From the IMG/VR virus record IMGVR_UViG_3300031957_002677, positions 25,836 to 89,835 of that record: a DNA stretch of 64,000 nucleotides; one strand, written 5' to 3'. The DNA comes from a virus. The translations under genes were made by a program, and so were the position numbers. Below the pieces are notes generated by a model. The model did not search any database. It saw only the letters and a list, made by a program, of their open reading frames with translations, and was not told where the DNA came from. Positions 56,631 through 64,000 of the stretch are shown here, in pieces; the first letter of the stretch is position 1; every line of letters begins with the position of its first letter.

Positions 56631-57305
56631 TCAAGAAAGTTTATCTTCAACAAACTTTTTAATATACTTAGCTAATAGACGAATATATTTTTCTTTATTG
56701 TACTCTTCATATACTTCCACTTCACCATTCTCACACGACATAATGATTACGAACTTCTTGACTGAGAGACCAGTCAATTCATGAAGCATACACGCATATG
56801 CACAACACTGCACGAAGTAGTTTTCAATCCAACCTCTAGGTTTGGGTTTCTTAGATGTCTTGAAGTCTATGATCGAAAGCTCACCGTCAAACTCTGCAAT
56901 ACAATCGACGGTTCCTGCAATACCTAAGTACTGACTATATAGGGACCTTTCAAGAGCATGAATATTATCTATTCGTTTTAGATCATCCTTTGCAAGTAAG
57001 TATAAAAACTCGGACAATGGTTGAACAGAACCAGATGGCATCTCCTGATTACGAAGAAAGTTCTCTACAAGAGTGTGCATGTCAGTACCACGACTTGTAG
57101 ATTGTTTGGTTACTTTATTAGCTTCTGCCTCACCAACTCTCTTCCTCCACTTCACAAAAATTTCACGATTGAAGTGACTGGTGATTGATGTGACAGATAC
57201 CAACTTCAATGGACCTTCGTGAGTTGGTACTGTATAATATCTCACTCCATCAATAGTTTCTCTACTTAATTCTGGTAGATCTAGGTCAATGTGGTTAAAC
57301 GTCAT
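56631..57305 (-). CDS. PD-(D/E)xK exonuclease (cyanophage exonuclease A-like)
   Basis: SVTSI, RGTDMH, AGTVDCIAE...IIDFKTS, YFVQ..AY. Confidence 0.85.
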   Translation of the reverse strand: MTFNHIDLDLPELSRETIDGVRYYTVPTHEGPLKLVSVTSITSHFNREIFVKWRKRVGEAEANKVTKQSTSRGTDMHTLVENFLRNQEMPSGSVQPLSEFLYLLAKDDLKRIDNIHALERSLYSQYLGIAGTVDCIAEFDGELSIIDFKTSKKPKPRGWIENYFVQCCAYACMLHELTGLSVKKFVIIMSCENGEVEVYEEYNKEKYIRLLAKYIKKFVEDKLS

Positions 57306-57999
57306 GATAAGGGCATTTTCCTCTTAGGTTTTTGTCAAATAAAACTTCTTTTAAGAACTTTGAATCTTCAGATAAAACTTCTCTTCGATTTTCGAGAGCA
57401 TCAAACATACTATCCGTTGATTTTTTCTTCTTAAGAATTGGTTTGTCGTTCATATTATCCGTATAAAAACGAACTCGATAGAGTGGATCACCTCTCTCGA
57501 TCATAACTCCATTTGAGTTTGCTTCATATTTAATACCAAGAGAAGTTGTTCTTGGATGATTAGCAAGATTAAACCATCCACCAATAGCAACAAAGTTATT
57601 ATCAGCAAACGTTTGTGGGTGATCTAAAAATTCAAACCACAAGTATTCTTGATTATAAGATGTCCAGAAAAATGAATTGATGAACGATAATTGAATGACA
57701 TGAATATCAGTATCCAGATCACTTAGTGTGAAGAAAATATTTTCATCACCATATTCTTCATCAATATCATTTAAATTAATAATAACGCAAGGTTCTTCAT
57801 TAATTTGATACTTTAGAATATCACCATCATATTGTAGTGAAAAATCTACGGGAGAATAACCAACAAAAGTTCGATCAAACATATGTCCCCAAACAGGACA
57901 TTGACTATAAGTATAATCTAAATGAGAACTACGATCCTCATGCTCAATTATATTTTCATCATAAAAATTTATAGGATCATAGTAAACATCATACTTCAT
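57295..57999 (-). CDS. hypothetical protein
   Basis: 234 aa; QCPVW, IERGDPLYRVRF, terminal KCPYH; function not recognisable. Confidence 0.65.
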   Translation of the reverse strand: MKYDVYYDPINFYDENIIEHEDRSSHLDYTYSQCPVWGHMFDRTFVGYSPVDFSLQYDGDILKYQINEEPCVIINLNDIDEEYGDENIFFTLSDLDTDIHVIQLSFINSFFWTSYNQEYLWFEFLDHPQTFADNNFVAIGGWFNLANHPRTTSLGIKYEANSNGVMIERGDPLYRVRFYTDNMNDKPILKKKKSTDSMFDALENRREVLSEDSKFLKEVLFDKNLRGKCPYHDV

Positions 58000-58757
58000 A
58001 GAATACCTAATTCATTTTTGGCAACAATATATTCTCTACACAGACCAGATCTTACAATATCATCAGCATCAAACTCAACGATATCTACTGAAGGCATTTG
58101 CTCTAGGATTTTCATAAAGTCAACGATACCATTCTTTTCGTTAGTCTTTACTAAATCACTTTGACTTGCATCACCGCAGAACATAATCTTACAGTTGTCA
58201 CCAACCCGTGTAATAATACTATCGAGTTCATGATAGTTCAAGTTTTGGAATTCGTCAATAAGAAGAATAGAATTGTCAAATGTAGTACCACGAATGAATG
58301 ATGTACTCCAAAAACTAACTGTTCCTTGAGTCTTGAGATTGCCATAGAGCATTTCAAACTCAGCATCAGAAGGCATTTGAAACATGTACTTAACCATGTT
58401 CTTGTATGGAATCTGATAGAGATTGGATTTGTCATCATGATCTCCTGGAAGAAAACCAATCTCTCTGGTTGCCACAAGAGATCTAATCACATATACCTTT
58501 TCATATGGTGTGAATTGATCTAAAGCTTCTTTGATTGCATGATATAAAGTAATGAATGTTTTACCTGTACCAGCAGTTCCGTAGGCAACAATATGCTTTC
58601 CTTCTTCATAAGATTTGAACAACTTCTTCTGATTTTCAGTGAGTGGTTAAATATTTAAAAGATGATCAGTATTGATTGGTTTCTTACCTTTAAGTGCTTG
58701 ACGATGATACTCCGAATTAATACCAACGTTATTGTTGTTTCTTTTCCTTCTAGCCAT
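57996..58757 (-). pseudogene. phoH: PhoH-like ATPase interrupted by in-frame TAA at codon 37 (or a sequence error)
   Basis: ATG 58757 MARRKR...KKPINTDHLLNI*PLTENQKKLF; Walker A GTAGTGKT, IGFLPG, RGTTFD, DEFQN, GDASQSDL, IVRSGL. Confidence 0.85.
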
Positions 58758-58758
58758 G

Positions 58759-59019
58759 TCAGATTTTTAGGTTTTGTGCTCCAGGTTGTTTTGATGCTCG
58801 TTCAAGAACTTCATTCCAACCTGGTTTTGATTTAACGAGTTTGTCTTTCCACTCACCAATTGGTTCTAGTCCCAATCCAGGTGAATTTTCTGGAGTATAG
58901 AACCTTTCCCAGTCTGGGTTATCTTGTTTCCACTGATCCCATTCGTGAATACTCATTTTCACTTCTTTGGTCTCACCAGTCTCCCTATTTTTTACAGGAT
59001 ATGTTGCCATGATTATCAC
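58759..59019 (-). CDS. conserved small cyanophage protein upstream of phoH
   Basis: MATYPVKNRETGE.KE..MS..EW.QW..DNPDW; CTAAATA at 59031-59037. Confidence 0.75.
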   Translation of the reverse strand: MIIMATYPVKNRETGETKEVKMSIHEWDQWKQDNPDWERFYTPENSPGLGLEPIGEWKDKLVKSKPGWNEVLERASKQPGAQNLKI

Positions 59020-59033
59020 TCAGTGTAGTTTAT

Positions 59034-60062
59034 TTAGATCTTAATCCAACGTTCGTTTGCGAGAGTCCATTGAACAACTTCTTTGACACGATCACGAATA
59101 TCTTTAGGTTCCCATCCCATTGCCTTCATCTTTTCACCAGATAATGCATAACGTAAGTCATGACCAGGACGTGCAGAGTGGAAGTCAACCATCTCATACT
59201 TAAGTTCCTTGCCCTGAGCATCAGCAATCATCTGTGCAAGTTGAAGATTGTTGAGTTCTTCTGCACCAACGATGTTAAACTTAGGACACCTTGCACCACC
59301 CCAAGTGTAAGACTCTACGTCCTTACCAAGTAGGAATAGAAGTGCATCTGCAACGTCTTCGGCATGAATGTAGTGTCGTGATCCAGGAATTTCCTTAGTT
59401 GGATCACTGTGAATGGTAATTGTCTCACCATCACGGGCACGTTTAATGCACATGGGAATGAACTTCTCTGGGTGTTGACGTTGCCCGAAGACATTCATTG
59501 TGTGAGTAATGTATACAGGTACTCCATAAGTGTTGTGGAAAGCAACTGCTAGTTCTTCACCACCTGCCTTGGTTGCACTGTATGGGTTAGTAGAATTGTA
59601 ACGATCGTTCTCTTCATACAGAATACCATCTGGTGCAGGACCAAAGACTTCATCAGTACCAAAGTAAACAAATCTTTCTAGATGATCTAGACTACGGGCA
59701 TAGTCAAGGATGTTGCAGGTTGCCACAACATTATCCATGACGAATTCCATAGGATATTCAATGCTGCGATCAACATGAGAACCAGCAGCAAGATGAAGAA
59801 TGTAATCAACCTTACCAATGTCCGCAGCAATCAGTGGATTCACTGCTGCCTTCAGATCATGGAATACAATCCTCACCCGAGAACGATCTTCAGCAGAAAA
59901 ATCTTTTAGAACGTCTTCAAGACGATTAAGATTTCCACTGAAGTCTAGACGATCTAGCGTAACTACTTCCCAGTCTGTATTTTTCAAAATCTGGGAAATT
60001 AAATGGTGGGCAATAAAACCTGCACCACCTGTAATTAACGCTCTTTTCATGTTTTTTCTCAA
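59034..60062 (-). CDS. NAD-dependent NDP-sugar dehydratase (dTDP-glucose 4,6-dehydratase-like)
   Basis: ITGGAGFIA, HLAAGSHVDRSI, TDEVFG, YSATK, HPEKFIP, RPGHDLRY. Confidence 0.9.
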   Translation of the reverse strand: MRKNMKRALITGGAGFIAHHLISQILKNTDWEVVTLDRLDFSGNLNRLEDVLKDFSAEDRSRVRIVFHDLKAAVNPLIAADIGKVDYILHLAAGSHVDRSIEYPMEFVMDNVVATCNILDYARSLDHLERFVYFGTDEVFGPAPDGILYEENDRYNSTNPYSATKAGGEELAVAFHNTYGVPVYITHTMNVFGQRQHPEKFIPMCIKRARDGETITIHSDPTKEIPGSRHYIHAEDVADALLFLLGKDVESYTWGGARCPKFNIVGAEELNNLQLAQMIADAQGKELKYEMVDFHSARPGHDLRYALSGEKMKAMGWEPKDIRDRVKEVVQWTLANERWIKI

Positions 60063-60069
60063 ATACTCT

Positions 60070-61293
60070 TTAATTATAACTCAAATTGTTCTGTCTTGCA
60101 ACCTCTAGTTCAATTTGCTTCTTTAAAATGCTGTTTGGTGGTTGGTGAATTCCTTGATAAATTGACTTTAAAGGTTTAATATCAGTTGATTGAGTTCTTT
60201 CATGATGGAATATTTTTGCCGCACCAAATGATTGACATGCATCACCAGCAATAGGATCAACATAAAAATTAATATTAGGATACTCTTCTTGAACTACTGA
60301 GTTTGCACATATATTCAATGCACATCCACCAGAGAATACAATATTCTTAGTATCTGGTTTCAGTTCTAGAGACTGTTCAATTCTCATTCTTAAAACATCT
60401 TCCATACATTGTTGGACTTCCCATGCCAAATCTGCTTTCTTCTGAAAATCATTATGATGTCTAAGAACTGGAAAGTTTGTTGTGTTGAATAGTCTATTAC
60501 TATAAAACACATTCATATTTGCCATTCCATTATCAAGAATGAATGGTGGGAAATCATCATTTTTATTCCCGTATGCAGCAAGTCCCATTGTCTTACCACA
60601 TTCATCACGATGCCATCCTAGATGATATGTAACTGTTCCATACATAATGCCAATATCATAACATGAGTTGACATCAATCCTATCGTTTGCAGTCATCATT
60701 TCAAAGAAGTCATTTGGGAAATTGACTTGAATGAATCCTCTAGGTTGTGGTGATGGAACGATGAAATTTTTCCACAATGGTATAAAACCATGTGGATATT
60801 GTGCAGAATATATTGATGTGCTCTCTAGGAACATAACGTCATCCCACTGTTGGGCCTCCTTTAATTCAGCATCAGTTAATTCAATACCTGCTAGTTGCAT
60901 TAGAGTATCAACTCTATAATCTGCACCCCATCCATCAATAACAATACAAACAGCCTCATCAAACCCTGAAGCATAAAATGCAGAAGAAGCATGGTACAAA
61001 TGGTGCTCTTGAACTTCTTGCACTCTTTTAATATGGTTAAGTTTGTATTTCTCTAACATGTCAATCATGTCTTGAAATTCTCCATCCTCACCATTAATTA
61101 AAACAATTTCATCAAGACCATATTGTTCATGAAACTTTTTAATATGGTCAAAAATATGGTATAAAAAATTATCATGTTTTTTACCAGACAATCTTTCTTC
61201 TAAAATAATTTCATAGACTTCACCATTATGAAGCATAGTCACACCTGCTTCATGACCACTACAAGATAGAGAAGCTACATTATAATCTTTCAT
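60070..61293 (-). CDS. carbamoyltransferase N-terminal (Kae1-like) domain, stand-alone, copy B
   Basis: GHEAG, EERLS, HHLYHA, DGWG, GKTMGLAAYG, SGGCALN, GDACQSFGAA. Confidence 0.88.
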   Translation of the reverse strand: MKDYNVASLSCSGHEAGVTMLHNGEVYEIILEERLSGKKHDNFLYHIFDHIKKFHEQYGLDEIVLINGEDGEFQDMIDMLEKYKLNHIKRVQEVQEHHLYHASSAFYASGFDEAVCIVIDGWGADYRVDTLMQLAGIELTDAELKEAQQWDDVMFLESTSIYSAQYPHGFIPLWKNFIVPSPQPRGFIQVNFPNDFFEMMTANDRIDVNSCYDIGIMYGTVTYHLGWHRDECGKTMGLAAYGNKNDDFPPFILDNGMANMNVFYSNRLFNTTNFPVLRHHNDFQKKADLAWEVQQCMEDVLRMRIEQSLELKPDTKNIVFSGGCALNICANSVVQEEYPNINFYVDPIAGDACQSFGAAKIFHHERTQSTDIKPLKSIYQGIHQPPNSILKKQIELEVARQNNLSYN

Positions 61294-61847
61294 TTTACCA
61301 CCAACATACTAACATCTGCGAAATAAACATAATGAAGTTCGGATTTTTGTAAAGAATCTATTGCTTGCCCTACAGTTTCTACTATTGCATCACCAGCAAG
61401 ATTGAATGATGTATTTAATAAGATTGGAACCTGTGTATTAATATAAAAAGTTTTAATCAGATTATAATAATGAAAATTCTCTTCTTTATTTACGGTTTGA
61501 ATTCTACAAGTTCCATCTACATGAGTAATTGAAGGAATGTATTCTGACATTCCATCCTTTACTCTAAGATTGAATGTCATATGAGGAGAACTCTTCAGAC
61601 CAATCATATCAAACCATTTATCAGCATGTTCTTCCAAAACAGAACCAGCAAACGGTCTAAAACTTTCTCTCTTTTTTACAGTGTTGACTATATCTTTTCC
61701 ATCAGGAACTCTTGGATCAAAAATAATTGATCTATTTCCCAATGCTCTGGGACCAACTTCGGATCTTCCTTGATGTATTGCTCCGATTTTTTTATCTAAA
61801 ATCAATTCAACAACGTCATCATATGTAACATCATATTTTATTTTCAT
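61290..61847 (-). CDS. carbamoyltransferase C-terminal (YrdC-like) domain, stand-alone, copy B
   Basis: GRSEVGPRALGNRSI, KKRESFRPFA, HVDGTCRIQTV, LNTSFN. Confidence 0.9.
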   Translation of the reverse strand: MKIKYDVTYDDVVELILDKKIGAIHQGRSEVGPRALGNRSIIFDPRVPDGKDIVNTVKKRESFRPFAGSVLEEHADKWFDMIGLKSSPHMTFNLRVKDGMSEYIPSITHVDGTCRIQTVNKEENFHYYNLIKTFYINTQVPILLNTSFNLAGDAIVETVGQAIDSLQKSELHYVYFADVSMLVVK

Positions 61848-63109
61848 GCACTAGGTCCAAAATAAAGGTGTTTGAATGGGAATTTATCTTTACTCTTGGT
61901 CATTCCATACCATAAGTATTTTGCTGCTCCGATTGCTGTTCCCGCGTCGTGTGCAATAGGGTCTACAAAGAATTCTACATTTGGAAATGCCTTTGTATAT
62001 TTATAGTTGTTCACACAATTTAAAAAGTAACCTCCAGAAAGTACAATCTTATTTTTTCCAGTTATATCTAATGCTTTCTTAATTAGATTGCATGTATGAA
62101 TGAAAGTTACAGTCTGAAGTTTATCGGCAAGAGATGCACAAATATAAAAGTCGAGTGTAGGATTATTAAACTCGGTATTGATTCCTCTTGAACCCATTGC
62201 CGCATCATATTCATCTGGATCAATCCCAGCAATAAATTCTTCAAAATGTTTGAAGAGGTCATATACAGTTATATCTACACCTTCGTTCTCCATAAACCAA
62301 TCTTTAATAAAGATTGATTTTTCCTTTTCATAATTTCTAAAGACATGCTTATTCTCTTCAAGATTATCTGATGACAATCGATGACCAGATAATCCCATAA
62401 CTTTTCCCGCTTCAGTTCCACCGTGCATCTCAAAGAGACCACAAATCATATTAAACAAATCCCCACAACTTCGTGTACGGGAGTAGATCTCATTTTTACT
62501 TCTCTTCCAAAAAATTTCTTCCTCCCCACTCATCTCATCACCTAAAGCGTCTAAGATAGAACAATGTTTAAACTTAGTCTCAAAGAATGGAAAATCATAA
62601 GAACAATTAAAGATACTCTCAATTTCTCTGAATGGATATTCATATTTTTCAGAAGTCACTTCTTCTCTATATTTTGTATCGAAAGCACCACCACCATCAA
62701 GAACTAGTGCTGCTGCATCATCAAATCCAGATGCAAAGAAAGCATTTGCAGCATGATAAATGTGATGGTTATCGGAATAAAACATAGAGGTGTTGAAGTT
62801 TACACCACCATTCTGCAGTCCTCTAAGGAAACTGTTACGAACGACATCATCATCGTCCTGTCTATCTCTACCGTAAGAGGAAAAAATAATATAATCAATC
62901 CAAGTTGTATATTTTTTGATGGCATCAACTTGATGGCAAATTTCTAGAATTTTACCACTATCATCATATTCTGCAAAAATTTCATCAACGGATCCCTCAG
63001 GGTTTTTAATACCCGTTAATCTTTCTTCCTCAGAAAAATATACAACTTCACCATCTTTCAAGAGACATGCTGATGGTTCATGTGATATGTTTACACCTAA
63101 GATGTACAT
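61844..63109 (-). CDS. carbamoyltransferase N-terminal (Kae1-like) domain, stand-alone, copy A
   Basis: ILGVNISHEPSAC, EEERL, HHIYHA, DGGG, GKVMGL, SGGYFLN, HDAGTAIGAA. Confidence 0.88.
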   Translation of the reverse strand: MYILGVNISHEPSACLLKDGEVVYFSEEERLTGIKNPEGSVDEIFAEYDDSGKILEICHQVDAIKKYTTWIDYIIFSSYGRDRQDDDDVVRNSFLRGLQNGGVNFNTSMFYSDNHHIYHAANAFFASGFDDAAALVLDGGGAFDTKYREEVTSEKYEYPFREIESIFNCSYDFPFFETKFKHCSILDALGDEMSGEEEIFWKRSKNEIYSRTRSCGDLFNMICGLFEMHGGTEAGKVMGLSGHRLSSDNLEENKHVFRNYEKEKSIFIKDWFMENEGVDITVYDLFKHFEEFIAGIDPDEYDAAMGSRGINTEFNNPTLDFYICASLADKLQTVTFIHTCNLIKKALDITGKNKIVLSGGYFLNCVNNYKYTKAFPNVEFFVDPIAHDAGTAIGAAKYLWYGMTKSKDKFPFKHLYFGPSA

Positions 63110-63110
63110 A

Positions 63111-63680
63111 TTAAACCTCGTTCTTTGAATAGACTAGTGTTTGCTTTTCTGGAAGATAAAGATATTCAAATGATGACTCTTCCAAAGTACTAAGAGCATC
63201 TTTTAAATTGTGGACAATTGGTTTTCCACTCACGTTAAATGAAGTATTACCAATAATGGGAACTCCAGTTAAATCCTTAAATGCTTTAATTAAATTATAA
63301 TAGTGCAAGTTTTGATCTTCAGTTACAGTTTGGATTCTGCAGGTCTTATTCTTATGTACAATTGCAGGTATCTTTTTTACTTTATCCTTTTTCACATCAA
63401 TGGCATAAGTCATAAAAGGTGATTCTTTAATTGACCCATTATCAAACCACTCAGAAAAGTCTTCCAATAAAATAGAACCAGCTACAGGTCTATACCATTC
63501 TCTACCTTTATGTAAGTTTACATGACCCCACATTTCAAACATAGATGGATTAAACAGAAAAGATCTGTTTCCTAATGCACGTGGTCCACCCTCATCAGCA
63601 CCCTGAAAGATTGCTACAATATGGTTGTCATTTATTAATTTTGCAACGGTAAAATAACTTACCTTTGGTATTACTTTCAT
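63111..63680 (-). CDS. carbamoyltransferase C-terminal (YrdC-like) domain, stand-alone, copy A
   Basis: EGGPRALGNRS, KGREWYRPVA, TCRIQTV, NTSFN. Confidence 0.88.
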   Translation of the reverse strand: MKVIPKVSYFTVAKLINDNHIVAIFQGADEGGPRALGNRSFLFNPSMFEMWGHVNLHKGREWYRPVAGSILLEDFSEWFDNGSIKESPFMTYAIDVKKDKVKKIPAIVHKNKTCRIQTVTEDQNLHYYNLIKAFKDLTGVPIIGNTSFNVSGKPIVHNLKDALSTLEESSFEYLYLPEKQTLVYSKNEV

Positions 63681-63700
63681 CTGAAGAACTACTGTATGTT

Positions 63701-64000
63701 TTATTTATTATGCTCTGCCCACCCAAGTGCTTCAGAAATCACTGGGAACTGTCCAGCAAAGATACACTTACACTCATTAGCAATGTCCATATGCTCTTTC
63801 TGCGTTCCGTTAGCAGACCTCAGATCGATATAATGAATCCATGAACGAACTGAGCCACTCATGTAAATTTTGGTGGGTACTGCTAAAGGAAGCACAAAAC
63901 GAGCACATTCCTTTGCCACACCATGATCAAGCATAGTCTGATATAGATCCATAGCAGAAGCAAAATGCCTTTCAATAGCAATCTCAAACTCTTGCTTATG
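63701..64000 (-). CDS. thyX: flavin-dependent thymidylate synthase (3' part; 5' end outside window)
   Basis: GVAKECARFVLP, GSVRSWIHYIDLRS, TQKEH; frame open to position 64000. Confidence 0.9.
   Translation of the reverse strand, partial: HKQEFEIAIERHFASAMDLYQTMLDHGVAKECARFVLPLAVPTKIYMSGSVRSWIHYIDLRSANGTQKEHMDIANECKCIFAGQFPVISEALGWAEHNK

Noticed and set aside
56631-57305. Cas4 / CRISPR-associated call for the exonuclease
   Set aside because: No four-Cys Fe-S cluster pattern and no array; ordinary position near gp33 and phoH
58647-58649. Genome-wide stop-codon reassignment or suppressor tRNA
   Set aside because: TAA, TAG and TGA all terminate conserved genes normally, and the only tRNA seen has anticodon TAT, not TTA

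Overview
A 64-kb segment of a T4-like cyanomyovirus genome, probably infecting marine Synechococcus/Prochlorococcus (gp32, gp59, gp33, gp4, gp48, gp53, gp26/gp51, gp5, thyX, phoH, cp12, cpeT). Almost all genes are on the minus strand. Layout: (i) 1-7.8 kb, small early accessory genes in cassettes, each headed by a repeated palindrome + sigma70-type promoter element; (ii) 7.8-17 kb, an island in which seven 2OG-Fe(II) oxygenase genes surround two paralogous HxH fibre-tip genes, a Cys-rich protein and an acidic coiled-coil protein; (iii) 17-36 kb, an SF2 helicase, an NblA-like microgene, large tail-fibre/structural genes and an S8 protease; (iv) a tRNA with anticodon UAU and a long variable arm; (v) 36-54 kb, baseplate/tail module with two tape-measure-like genes carrying different peptidoglycan-hydrolase domains; (vi) 54-64 kb, replication/late-transcription genes, phoH with an in-frame TAA, an NDP-sugar dehydratase, two split carbamoyltransferase pairs and the 3' end of thyX. 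The best candidate for an undescribed system is the island in (ii). One fibre-tip paralog carries a ~240-aa lysine-free, Arg-rich hexapeptide-repeat insert and is encoded next to a charge-complementary acidic partner and a battery of hydroxylases. Other notable points: a predicted -1 frameshift joining gp26 and gp51, and the atypical tRNA. All family calls come from motif recognition by eye; no database searches were run.
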